Below, piece by piece: positions 48,864 to 58,107 of a stretch of 64,000 nucleotides of DNA. Location: NCBI GenBank assembly GCA_016201405.1, contig JACQCZ010000001.1, positions 8,432-72,431 of the forward strand, in the 5' to 3' direction. The DNA is from Candidatus Acetothermia bacterium. Lineage in GTDB: Bacteria; Bipolaricaulota; Bipolaricaulia; RBG-16-55-9. Positions within the stretch are counted from its first letter, which is position 1, and every line of letters begins with the position of its first letter. Below the pieces are notes generated by a model that saw only the letters and a program-made list of their open reading frames with translations, ran no database searches and was not told where the DNA came from. Position numbers and translations under genes: made by a program.

Positions 48864-49981
48864 TGCGTTTGCTTTGATAAGAGAGCCCGAATTGCATTCC
48901 AACTCTGCGTCATTGCTTTTGAAGTCTCGCAGTACAGGGCTTCTCCTGCACACTCCAATGCCGCACGCTCTGCTTCATAGCACGACTCGATCTGCCGGAG
49001 CTGATCAACCAGATTGATCTTTCGCGATCCAATCTCATCAAAAGACCAGCAGCGGACCTCAAGACCTCCAGCGCGATTCACTTGTTGGACAAAGCGCTCC
49101 ACCTTCGGATCGCCTGGGATACCGACAAAAGGGCGCGCCGCAAGGAGTGAAAAGATAAGTGAATGAAGCCTCATTCCCACCATAAAACGCATCTGTTGGA
49201 TGCAATCTAGCACTCCGCGAAGGTCAGAAGCCGAAGGCTCTACGATCAATACGGGCGCTTTGATGAGGTTTTGGAGCTCCTCAAGCTCCTTGAGGTCTTT
49301 ATGCAAATGAAAAGAGATGAGGACTGGACTCAATCCCATCTCCGCATAAGCACGATCCAACTCGCTTGCGAGTGCGCGCATGGATGGACGAGAGAGAGAG
49401 CCGGAGAGAGTGACTCCAATAAACGGCGGCGTGCCAGGCAGTACCGGCTTCAGAGGCTCTCTCAGCGATGCCCACGCCGGCCAGGTGCGCATAATCAGGT
49501 CTGCTCCCGCAAAGATTTTCTCATCTGGAAGGCCCGTTTGGCGAACCCAATTGCGACTCGCCTCATCTCTCAACATGGCAAAGCCCACCCGGCGAAAGAC
49601 TCGTTTCGCAGTCCACTCGATAAACGGACTTTGGAGCGGGCCAATCCCCTGGCCAATCACAACAACCGGGCAGAACTTCATCGCCAATCTCATCAGACCC
49701 AAATAATAGAATGGCGAGCGGAGGCTGCTCCGGTCTTGGATGAGACCACCCCCTCCGCCAATAAACAGATCTGCACTCGAAAGCTCTCTCAAAATCTGAC
49801 GGAGACTCCAGCGGTTGATGGCCTTGACATGGTAGTGGCGAGTCGTCTCTTCGGGAGACTGGGATAGAACAACAAGCTCTGCTTCTGGAAACTCGCGGTG
49901 AAGCTCCTGAATCAGAACGGCGAGAATCACCTCATCGCCAAGGTTATCAAAGCCATAATATCCTGAAATTATGAACTTCAT
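48860..49981 (-). CDS. csaB: Polysaccharide pyruvyl transferase CsaB
   Basis: ISGYYGFDNLGDE, GGGGLIQD, GQGIGP, LRD, GMRLHSLIF, DPKV. Confidence 0.92.
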   Translation of the reverse strand: MKFIISGYYGFDNLGDEVILAVLIQELHREFPEAELVVLSQSPEETTRHYHVKAINRWSLRQILRELSSADLFIGGGGGLIQDRSSLRSPFYYLGLMRLAMKFCPVVVIGQGIGPLQSPFIEWTAKRVFRRVGFAMLRDEASRNWVRQTGLPDEKIFAGADLIMRTWPAWASLREPLKPVLPGTPPFIGVTLSGSLSRPSMRALASELDRAYAEMGLSPVLISFHLHKDLKELEELQNLIKAPVLIVEPSASDLRGVLDCIQQMRFMVGMRLHSLIFSLLAARPFVGIPGDPKVERFVQQVNRAGGLEVRCWSFDEIGSRKINLVDQLRQIESCYEAERAALECAGEALYCETSKAMTQSWNAIRALLSKQTQ

Positions 49982-51591
49982 TGGCCGGGGTAGTCTACCG
50001 GTTGAGAATCGAAAATGCGATGTGCCAGTTTGAAGATGCCGTATGCAGCCAAGCCAATAATTGCCCCGATCCAGAGGCCATTGAAAACCCGCAGTAGCGT
50101 AAATAGCAAGGGAGTGTAAGGATGCAAAAAGCTGTTCAGAATAGAGACTTGACCCATCAGCCCAATGAGCAACAATCCTAGAGCCCAGGTGCGCTGGCGC
50201 ACAGCTAGTAAGAGACTGCCCCAGAGCCAGAGGGCAGGGTGGCCGATCAGAAGCTCCTTGAAGCGGGGGCGGGCGTAGAGCAGATTTTCCAATAAACCTC
50301 GCAGATCAAGCTCTTCGCTGCTGACAGGAAGAATTGAAAAATTCCCGCTGCGCAGCAATGCGATGGCCAAAAGCGCCGCCACTCCCGCGCCTAGCAGCCA
50401 ATCCTCGATGCGGAGTGAGCGAAGATCAAAATTACTGAGCTCGATCAAGCCAATCATTAAAATGGGGGCAATAAGAGCAAGTTTGATGCCACGAAAGGTC
50501 TCAATATCGAGTAGATAGAGGCTGTCTCCTAAGATTGCTGCTGCGAAGAGTCCGCCGATGATTGAGCTGATAGTAAAGCCCAACACCCAGCAGAGACTGC
50601 CTTTGATACCATGGGCGTGAGCAAGCCAATCTTTAAGAAATAGATAGGCTGCAATGGGAAAGAGAACAACAGCTATCCAGGCAAGCACCAGTCGCGTCTC
50701 GACTTCAAAGATCTGTAAGCCAGCAGCCGCTAGAATAAGAAAGATGAGATGGCTTAGAGAAATCAATCTGTTATTCTTTTGGAAGTGCTTTTGGGCAGCC
50801 CAAAAGAATAATCCTGCTAATCCCAACAAAAGCGGAATCAGCAAGAGCCAGTCAATCGAGAAGCGTATCTCACTCTGCGAGATCCCCAGTTGAAATCCCT
50901 GTTGTTTAAGCTCTTCCTTGAGCGACGAGAAGTCTGTCGTCACTTGATCGATGCTCACAGCCGGGATGGAGATGAGGCTGATGCTTCGCTCACGGACCGC
51001 TCTCATAAATCTCTCCAGCGTATCTTGAGAGCTCAGCTTGACGCGCTCTTCGGCCTTGAGGATGTGTGCTCTCATCAGATGTGACCCCTTTTTGTAAAAT
51101 TCACTGAGAGACGATGCCTCTTGAAACTCATCCCATGCCACAACAATTCGAGTAGAATCAAACATTCTGAATATAAGCTGCAGATTGACCGGAGAGCTGA
51201 GCAGTGGGTTTTGCATTAAGATCCCTTCTGTACTGAAGTCAGCCATCTGAACATATAGGGCTTGGAGCTTATCAAAGGGCACTAGAGAGTCGAGCTTCCA
51301 GATTATCTTGACTTTATGCAACGGGTCTCTGTCCTGTGTTGAAAGCTGGTCAAGCACTTGCGGAGAGAGAATCACAGAGTCAAGACCCATCTCTTGAAGT
51401 TTTGTCAAGATTGAATCAAAAGGCTGCGCTGCACCGGATGGATTTTGCAGCAGAGTATCAAGATTGACCGCAAGCTCAGCTTCCCGTTGCTCTCCTTCCC
51501 AACTTATGCGTGCAACGGTAATCCCCAAAACGACGAGGATTGAGATGCAGATACAGCTATAAAGAAGCTTGGAGAGGCTGCTCTTCAGCAC
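49978..51591 (-). CDS. DUF5693-family polytopic membrane protein
   Basis: RAVRER, FRGIK, RSGN, ARPRFKELLIGHP, GQVSILNSFLHPYTP recognised from memory as the family typically paired with csaB; ATGA overlap with csaB. Confidence 0.78.
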   Translation of the reverse strand: MLKSSLSKLLYSCICISILVVLGITVARISWEGEQREAELAVNLDTLLQNPSGAAQPFDSILTKLQEMGLDSVILSPQVLDQLSTQDRDPLHKVKIIWKLDSLVPFDKLQALYVQMADFSTEGILMQNPLLSSPVNLQLIFRMFDSTRIVVAWDEFQEASSLSEFYKKGSHLMRAHILKAEERVKLSSQDTLERFMRAVRERSISLISIPAVSIDQVTTDFSSLKEELKQQGFQLGISQSEIRFSIDWLLLIPLLLGLAGLFFWAAQKHFQKNNRLISLSHLIFLILAAAGLQIFEVETRLVLAWIAVVLFPIAAYLFLKDWLAHAHGIKGSLCWVLGFTISSIIGGLFAAAILGDSLYLLDIETFRGIKLALIAPILMIGLIELSNFDLRSLRIEDWLLGAGVAALLAIALLRSGNFSILPVSSEELDLRGLLENLLYARPRFKELLIGHPALWLWGSLLLAVRQRTWALGLLLIGLMGQVSILNSFLHPYTPLLFTLLRVFNGLWIGAIIGLAAYGIFKLAHRIFDSQPVDYPGQ

Positions 51592-51794
51592 CTCATCAGT
51601 TTAGCGAACGAGAGAGCCTCAATGCGAAAGCTTAAATCTTGTCAACAGAGCAGTCTCAATGTGACAGCCATCACTCTCAACTCAGACGGACTTGGTCCCA
51701 CCCCTCTGCCAGGGGTCCTTCATTACATTCAAGCTGCCAAGTAAGCTTCGGGCGTGAAGATAACCGAGTACCCCTTTGTATGGGAGGAGAGTTC

Positions 51795-52271
51795 ATGCGT
51801 CATTCGATTGCATTGGGTTTAGCACTACTTTTTGTCGCATCGATCGGTTGGCTTGGCCATGCCGCTTCGCTGGAGGTTCAAGACCTCTCCGAAGGACACG
51901 GCCTTGGGTTTGGGCTTAGCCTGACCGCGCCATTTGCAGCACCAAACACATTCCCGGCTTCCGGTTTTAGCAGCCGGCTTTGGATCGCAAATCTCTTTGG
52001 ATTTGAAGCCTCAGTCTTTGTGGTGGATGGCGCACCCAGTTTTGCTGCCCGCAGCTTTATCAAGTTCATCAACACTTCACTCGTCGATCTCTACGTCGGA
52101 ACGGGAGCTGCATTCTTTGGGAGCGAAGGAAAACTGGTCGTTCCTCTTCAGGCCATGTCTGGCATCGAGATTCGTCTGAGTGAGCACATCGCCATCAATG
52201 CAGAGTTAGGGCTTCTGTTCCGTGGTGTCAGCGGCGTGACGGCCGGATTTAGCGCAGATTTCTATCTATAA
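51795..52271 (+). CDS. Small exported protein, probable outer-membrane beta-barrel
   Basis: Start revised to ATG 51795 after GGAGGAG; signal peptide ending GHA-A; alternating strands (LYVGTG, GIEIRL, INAELG); ends FSADFYL. Confidence 0.7.
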   Translation: MRHSIALGLALLFVASIGWLGHAASLEVQDLSEGHGLGFGLSLTAPFAAPNTFPASGFSSRLWIANLFGFEASVFVVDGAPSFAARSFIKFINTSLVDLYVGTGAAFFGSEGKLVVPLQAMSGIEIRLSEHIAINAELGLLFRGVSGVTAGFSADFYL

Positions 52272-52299
52272 GAACAAGCTCCACTTCTTCTCCACCGGT

Positions 52300-52329
52300 T
52301 TGCCTGCATTGCGGGCAATTCGTTATGAT
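52300..52329 (+). promoter_or_regulatory. recA promoter with an overlapping inverted repeat
   Basis: TTGCCT-18 nt-TATGAT; dyad TTGCCTGCA-T-TGCGGGCAA at 52300-52318. Confidence 0.58.
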
Positions 52330-52331
52330 GA

Positions 52332-52365
52332 CCGTGCTCTCCTCATCGGGAGCACGGAATTTTTT
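52332..52365 (+). terminator. Terminator-like hairpin abutting the recA start codon
   Basis: CCGTGCTC(TC)-CTCATC-(GG)GAGCACGG followed by AATTTTTT, then ATG. Confidence 0.5.
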
Positions 52366-53433
52366 ATGGCCAAAAAAGAAGTCCTCAACTCTGTTTTAGA
52401 ACAGATCAAAAAGCGCTATGGCGAAGGCTCCATCATGTGGCTCGGTGGCTCAGAGCACCTAGCCGTCGACACAATCCCTACCGGCTCGTTAGCACTTGAT
52501 ATCGCACTTGGAATCGGCGGCATCCCGCGTGGACGGATCATCGAAGTCTTTGGTCCTGAATCTTCTGGCAAGACTTCGCTTGCGCTGCATTTGATTGCCG
52601 AAGCTCAGAAACTGGGCGGGTCGGCTGCGTTTATCGACGCGGAGCATGCGCTCGACCCCAAGTATGCGCAGGCGATTGGTGTCAATCTGGCTGAGCTCCT
52701 GCTCAGCCAGCCCAATTCCGGAGAGCAAGCGCTAGAGATCACAGAGCACCTGGTGCGTAGCGGAGCGGTTGAGGTGATTGTGATTGACTCCGTGGCGGCA
52801 CTCGTTCCAGAAGCGGAGATTGCTGGAGCGATGGGCGATGCCCAAGTCGGCCTGCAAGCCCGGCTCATGAGCCAGGCGATGAGAAAGCTCTCAGGCGCTA
52901 TTCATCAGTCAAACACAACCGTCTTATTCATCAATCAGATTCGCTCGATGATCAGTGCTGGGCCTTGGGGGCCATCGACTACGACGTCAGGGGGCTTGGC
53001 GCTCAAGTTCTATACCTCAGTTCGTCTAGAAATAAAGCGCATCGGCTCCATTGAAGAGAACCATGAAAAGATTGGCAATGAGACACTGGTTCGGGTCGTA
53101 AAGAATAAATTGGCTCCGCCATTCAAAGAGGCAAAGTTTGACATTCTTTATGGCAAAGGCATCGCGCATGAGCGTGAGCTTCTCAAAGTGGGGGAGCAAT
53201 ATGGAATTATCAAGAAGAGTGGTGCGAGATACTCCCACGCGGAGAGGCAGCTCGGGCAAGGCATTGCCAACTGCGCTGAGGCATTGCGAAATGACTCCGC
53301 ACTCGGCCAGAAGATTGCAGAAGAGATTCGGATAAAAGCAGGCTTGGTCAATAGCCAGCCAAGCGAAAATTCTTCAACCTCAGCTGATGAGAAATCAACA
53401 CCAGCTCCAGCCCGAAAACCCGCAGGCAAGTGA
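52366..53433 (+). CDS. recA: Recombinase A
   Basis: Start revised to ATG 52366; [46 protein letters not shown]. Confidence 0.97.
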   Translation: MAKKEVLNSVLEQIKKRYGEGSIMWLGGSEHLAVDTIPTGSLALDIALGIGGIPRGRIIEVFGPESSGKTSLALHLIAEAQKLGGSAAFIDAEHALDPKYAQAIGVNLAELLLSQPNSGEQALEITEHLVRSGAVEVIVIDSVAALVPEAEIAGAMGDAQVGLQARLMSQAMRKLSGAIHQSNTTVLFINQIRSMISAGPWGPSTTTSGGLALKFYTSVRLEIKRIGSIEENHEKIGNETLVRVVKNKLAPPFKEAKFDILYGKGIAHERELLKVGEQYGIIKKSGARYSHAERQLGQGIANCAEALRNDSALGQKIAEEIRIKAGLVNSQPSENSSTSADEKSTPAPARKPAGK

Positions 53434-53893
53434 GCTAAAGCGTGCTCGCCAGCGCCTGCTTTATCTGCTCAGCCGCAAGCCACATTCGATCTATGAGACG
53501 AGACGTAAACTCCGAATTGCTGGCTTCTCCGCGACCACGATTGATGAGATTATTCATGAAGCGACGGAGATGGGCTGGCTTGATGACCAGGCGTACGCCA
53601 AGCTCTGGGTGCACGACCGGCTTTCGCACAAGCCAAAGGGAAAAGCCTTGCTCAAAAAAGAGCTGCGGGAAAAGGGCGTTGCAGAGACCCAAATAGAGAC
53701 GGTTTTGAATGATGCGGCCATTGACGAGCCTGCTCTGATCGGGCAGCTTGTCACCGAGCAGATGGCCCGTCATCAGAACGACGATCCAGCCAACCGCAAG
53801 CGTAAACTCTACGGCTATTTACAGCGCCGGGGGTTTTCACCCGATGCCATCCGGCGAGCTATGGAGAATCTTGGAGATGCCAATGACTCGTAG
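53387..53893 (+). CDS. recX: Regulatory protein RecX
   Basis: [35 protein letters not shown]; follows recA. Start is uncertain (overlaps recA). Confidence 0.9.
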   Translation: MRNQHQLQPENPQASELKRARQRLLYLLSRKPHSIYETRRKLRIAGFSATTIDEIIHEATEMGWLDDQAYAKLWVHDRLSHKPKGKALLKKELREKGVAETQIETVLNDAAIDEPALIGQLVTEQMARHQNDDPANRKRKLYGYLQRRGFSPDAIRRAMENLGDANDS

Positions 53894-54455
53894 ATGTGAG
53901 TGGCCAAAGACCAATGAATTGATGATTGAATACCATGACAAAGAATGGGGCGTACCCGTTCATGATGACCGGAAGCTCTTTGAGTTTTTGGTGCTGGACG
54001 CCTTTCAGGCGGGGCTAAGCTGGTCCACAATTCTGAACAAGCGTGAGAATTTTCGAAAGGCCTTCAGCAATTTTGATGCCGCAAAGATCGCCCGATTCAA
54101 TGCCACCAAAATGGACAAGCTTTTAAATGACGCTGGCATCATTCGCAACAAATTGAAGATCCATGCCACGATTGAAAACTCAAAATTGTTCCTGAAGACT
54201 CAGGAAAAGCTAGGGAGCTTTGACCGTTATATCTGGCAGTTTGTGAATGGCAAGACCAAGATCAACAAATTCACAACTTCCAAACAGATCCCACCCACCT
54301 CCAAGGAGTCAGACGCCATGAGCAAAGACTTGAAAGAGCGCGGCTTCAAGTTTGTCGGCTCAACAATTTGCTATGCCTTTATGCAGGCTGCCGGCCTTGT
54401 CAATGATCATTTGGTGGACTGCTATCGTTACGATGAAGTGACAAATTTCAAATGA
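53883..54455 (+). CDS. tag: DNA-3-methyladenine glycosylase I
   Basis: Start revised to ATG 53883; RCEW, YHDKEWG, FQAGLSW, IIRNKLK, GFKFVGSTICYAFMQAAGLVNDH..C. Confidence 0.96.
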   Translation: MTRRCEWPKTNELMIEYHDKEWGVPVHDDRKLFEFLVLDAFQAGLSWSTILNKRENFRKAFSNFDAAKIARFNATKMDKLLNDAGIIRNKLKIHATIENSKLFLKTQEKLGSFDRYIWQFVNGKTKINKFTTSKQIPPTSKESDAMSKDLKERGFKFVGSTICYAFMQAAGLVNDHLVDCYRYDEVTNFK

Positions 54456-54901
54456 GCAGTTACAGGAAAAGCTTTGAGATTCGCTGGTCTGATGTCGATC
54501 CCAATGGCCACGCCCGCCACACCAGCTATAGCGATTATGCCGCGCATGTGCGTTTTGGCTTTATGTTTGAGCATGGCATCTCCTATGAGCGCCTAGAGGC
54601 AATGGGCGTTGGTCCTGTCATTCTCAAAGAAGAGCTCGACTATCTGCGCGAGACCAAGCTGAGCGAGAAGATCGAGATTGAGTACAGCTCGCTCGGGCTC
54701 TCCAAAGATGGCTCACACTGGAAGCTGCGCCACGACATCTTCAACTCCTCCGGGAAGCGCTCCGTGAGAATCACCTTGAGCGGCGGATGGATCGATATGA
54801 AAAGCCGCAAGCTCATTGTCCCGCCCGATGAGCTCTTTCAGATCTTCCAAAAAATCCCGCAGGAGAAGAATTTTAGAGAGCTTCCTCCACTCGTCCGATA
54901 A
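54452..54901 (+). CDS. Acyl-CoA thioesterase, YbgC/FadM hotdog family
   Basis: IRWSDVDPNGH..Y, GPVILKEELDYLRE. Confidence 0.88.
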   Translation: MSSYRKSFEIRWSDVDPNGHARHTSYSDYAAHVRFGFMFEHGISYERLEAMGVGPVILKEELDYLRETKLSEKIEIEYSSLGLSKDGSHWKLRHDIFNSSGKRSVRITLSGGWIDMKSRKLIVPPDELFQIFQKIPQEKNFRELPPLVR

Positions 54902-54909
54902 CTTGCAAT

Positions 54910-54938
54910 TTGAAATTCTCAAGAAGTTTATTCATACT
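54910..54938 (+). promoter_or_regulatory. Promoter for ribA with leaderless geometry
   Basis: TTGAAA-17 nt-CATACT, then 6 nt, then ATG; no SD. Confidence 0.55.
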
Positions 54939-54944
54939 CCAGCC

Positions 54945-55613
54945 ATGCCTCTACAGAGACCGCAGATTGAAGAGATATTGAAGGAGAACGAGACCCATCA
55001 ATGTTTGCCGGCAGAGACATGTGTCAAGATCGTTGCCATTGCCGATCTTCCATCGCGCTTTGGCCATTTCCAGGTCATTGCGTTTTATAACAACCTTGAT
55101 GACAAAGAACATGCAGTCTTTGTCAAAGGAGATGTAGTCGGGAAGGAGGATGTGCCGGTTCGCTTGCATTCAGAATGCCTCACGGGAGATGCCGTCGGAT
55201 CACTGAGGTGCGATTGCCGCGATCAATTAGAAGAATCACTCCGGTATATCGGAAACCTGGACAATGGACTCCTGCTCTATTTGCGTCAAGAGGGGCGCGG
55301 GATCGGTTTTATCAACAAGATCAAAGCATACCAGCTACAAGACTTCGGGTACGATACGGTTGAGGCCAACGAAATGCTCGGTTTCAAAGCGGACGAGCGC
55401 GAGTATAAGATCGCTGCTCACATGCTCTATTCCCTGAAAGTAAAGTCCATCAAGCTGATCACAAACAATCCAGAGAAGATCAAGAGTCTGGAGCAATACG
55501 GCATCAAAGTCGCAAAGCGCGTGCCCATTGTCATTGAGCCCAACGAGTTCAACCGCTTCTATCTCGAAACGAAGAGGCAGAAGTCGGGGCACCTGCTCGA
55601 TCAGAAAGAATAG
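54945..55613 (+). CDS. ribA: GTP cyclohydrolase II, monofunctional
   Basis: Start revised to ATG 54945; VRLHSECLTGD..SLRCDC, YLRQEGRGIG, ITNNPEK, YLETK..GH. Confidence 0.95.
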   Translation: MPLQRPQIEEILKENETHQCLPAETCVKIVAIADLPSRFGHFQVIAFYNNLDDKEHAVFVKGDVVGKEDVPVRLHSECLTGDAVGSLRCDCRDQLEESLRYIGNLDNGLLLYLRQEGRGIGFINKIKAYQLQDFGYDTVEANEMLGFKADEREYKIAAHMLYSLKVKSIKLITNNPEKIKSLEQYGIKVAKRVPIVIEPNEFNRFYLETKRQKSGHLLDQKE

Positions 55614-55618
55614 ATGAA

Positions 55619-56701
55619 CTACATCATTTGAGCCAGCAGCAAAATATCACTGAGCACCCCAGATGCCGTGAGTCTGGGTCCAGAGCCTCGGCCTCGCACA
55701 ATCAGGGGCGGGCTATAGCGCTCACTCTCAAAGGCCAAAACGCTATCTGCGAGACTTGCACGAATAAGATCGTCATGGGCTGCCAGTCTTTGAAGACTCG
55801 CTTTGCAACGCCCATCAGCCACTTCGATCACATAGCGCAACCTCAAGTTTTGTGACTGAGTCTCTTGCGAGAGCTTGGCATAGCGAGAATCCAGCTCTGG
55901 CAGCTTTTGCATAAATTCATCAATGCTCAATGCATCCCACTCTTTTGGATAGAGCGATTCGGCCACGACATCTTTGAATTCAAGCGGATATCCAAGCAGA
56001 CGAGCCAAGATGAGCGCTTTACGAGCGGCATCACGGCCACCCACATCTTCGCGGGGATCGGGCTCCGTATGGCCGTGAGCTTTGGCATCGCGGATGATCT
56101 CAGAGAATTTCTCGCTCTTTTCAAGGCGCTGACAGACGATATTGAGCGTTCCAGAGACACAGCCTCGAATACTTTTTATGTTGTCGCCCGTATCCAGCAG
56201 ATAGAGCTGTAACGTTGAGATGACCGGCAAAGCGGCCGCCACAGTCGTCTCGAAGCGTGTCAATCTGGATTCTGTCAATTCTTGAAAGAGCTTCAAGGAA
56301 CCAGCAAGCGGGAGTTTATTGGCAAGAACAATGCCCCAATCTCGTCTTCTTGCTTCTTGCAGAACTGGTATTGGCTGATCACTGGCTGAAACGTCAATGA
56401 CTATGACATTTTTTGATTTGATCTGATTCAAGAGTTGGATATCGCCATTCCAGACTTGCCCATTACGCATCTCTCGCAATCGCCCTTTGCTGGTCTTTGA
56501 ATCAGTATATATTGCAAGCTCTTGATCTGAGAATCCTGATTTTTTTAGAATCAGCCCATCTGAATCTGACAAGGCAACATAGTTAAGTCTCACGCCCAGC
56601 TGCCGGGCATGGCGCTCCCGGTTCTCAATCACTTGCTGAACGAGTGCGCGCCCTACGCCGCCAAGTCCCAATTGGATCAACGAGATTCTTTTTAGACTCA
56701 T
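55619..56701 (-). CDS. hom: Homoserine dehydrogenase, no ACT domain
   Basis: GLGGVG, ANK, FETTVAAALPVI, SGTLN, TEPDPREDVGGRDAARK, G.GSGPRLTA. Confidence 0.92.
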   Translation of the reverse strand: MSLKRISLIQLGLGGVGRALVQQVIENRERHARQLGVRLNYVALSDSDGLILKKSGFSDQELAIYTDSKTSKGRLREMRNGQVWNGDIQLLNQIKSKNVIVIDVSASDQPIPVLQEARRRDWGIVLANKLPLAGSLKLFQELTESRLTRFETTVAAALPVISTLQLYLLDTGDNIKSIRGCVSGTLNIVCQRLEKSEKFSEIIRDAKAHGHTEPDPREDVGGRDAARKALILARLLGYPLEFKDVVAESLYPKEWDALSIDEFMQKLPELDSRYAKLSQETQSQNLRLRYVIEVADGRCKASLQRLAAHDDLIRASLADSVLAFESERYSPPLIVRGRGSGPRLTASGVLSDILLLAQMM

Positions 56702-58104
56702 GGTGCCCGACTCAGCTCAAATTCTTGGTGAATTTCTCGAATCGCTTTTTCGGCATCTTTCTCAAGCACCACGATAGATAGATTGTGCTCCGAAGAGCCC
56801 TGGGCGATTGAGCGAACGTTGACATTACAGCGCCCCAGCGCCCCGAAGACTCGGCCAAAGATTCCCGGTGTATCCTTCACGCCCATCCCCACGGCTGTAA
56901 TGATCACAATGCCGCTCTCGGCGTGGATGCGGTCGATATTGCGTCGCTCCAGCTCCCGCTCAAAGATCTCGTTTAGTGCTTTGACAGCGCGATCGGTGCT
57001 CCTCTCTTCCACCACAAAGCAGATGCTCTGCTCTGACGAGGATTGAGAGATCATCAAGACGTTGATATTCTCATGGGCCACAGCTGTAAATACTTTCGCC
57101 GCCACACCTGGAACTCCGAGCATCCCGCGCCCTTCGATGTTGACCTGGCTCAGTTTTTTGACAAACGTTATCGCTTTGATGGTGCGCCCATCTTCAGCCG
57201 CATCCTTGAAGATCTTGGTGCCTGGATTGTCTGGCTCAAAGGTATTCAAAATTTTAAGGGGAATAGACTTCTCAACAGCAGGGCGAATTGTCTTTGAGTG
57301 CAGCACTTTGGCTCCAAAATAGGAGAGCTCAGCCGCCTCTTCATAGGAAAGCTCATCTATGGTGCGAGCATCCTTCACGACTCGCGGATCTGCAGTCATC
57401 ACCCCATTGACATCCGTCCAGATCTCAATCTCCTCGGCTTCGAGCAGCGCGCCAAAGATGGCAGCGGAGTAGTCGCTGCCTCCACGTCCCAGCGTTGTGA
57501 CAAGTCCAGACTCTGTTGATCCAATGAACCCCTGAGTGACAGGAATCTTCTTCTGTCTGATGAGGGGAAGTATTGTTTTTTTGGTGCGCTCTTCACAGAT
57601 GATCATGATCGGGCTGGCCTGTGTGAAGCGCTCATCCGTGATTAAAATTTTCCTGGCATCAACTCGCTCGGCACCTAGGCCACGCTCTTGCATGGCAGCC
57701 GTCATAATCAATGTCGACATGTGCTCGCCATACGAGAGCACGGCATCGAGTGAGCGCGGAGTCAGCTCACCCAAGATAGCCAAGCCCTTCAGAAGCATCC
57801 GAATCTCTTGAAAATGCTTCTCCAACGAGTCATCTAAAATCTTGCGTCTCTTCGAGTCTTTTATCAGCTCTCTTGTCGCGAGAGTGTGCCGCTCAATGAC
57901 GTCCTTTTCAAAAGTCTCTAGGGCTCTTTTCTCGTCACCCTGATGAGCCTCCTCGGCTGCACAGACGAGAGCATCTGTGACTCCAGACATGGCCGACAGC
58001 ACGACGAGCGGCTTGCTGGCGATTCGGGACTGGACAATCTCAATGACTCGGGCCATCATGCCAGCATCTTTGACGGAGGTGCCGCCAAATTTCATCACAA
58101 TCAT
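56698..58104 (-). CDS. lysC: Aspartate kinase with two ACT domains
   Basis: VMKFGGTSV, SAMSGVTD, TLGRGGSDYSA, WTDVNGV..DPR, FGAKVLH, ISQSSSE. Confidence 0.95.
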   Translation of the reverse strand: MIVMKFGGTSVKDAGMMARVIEIVQSRIASKPLVVLSAMSGVTDALVCAAEEAHQGDEKRALETFEKDVIERHTLATRELIKDSKRRKILDDSLEKHFQEIRMLLKGLAILGELTPRSLDAVLSYGEHMSTLIMTAAMQERGLGAERVDARKILITDERFTQASPIMIICEERTKKTILPLIRQKKIPVTQGFIGSTESGLVTTLGRGGSDYSAAIFGALLEAEEIEIWTDVNGVMTADPRVVKDARTIDELSYEEAAELSYFGAKVLHSKTIRPAVEKSIPLKILNTFEPDNPGTKIFKDAAEDGRTIKAITFVKKLSQVNIEGRGMLGVPGVAAKVFTAVAHENINVLMISQSSSEQSICFVVEERSTDRAVKALNEIFERELERRNIDRIHAESGIVIITAVGMGVKDTPGIFGRVFGALGRCNVNVRSIAQGSSEHNLSIVVLEKDAEKAIREIHQEFELSRAP

Positions 58105-58107
58105 AAT

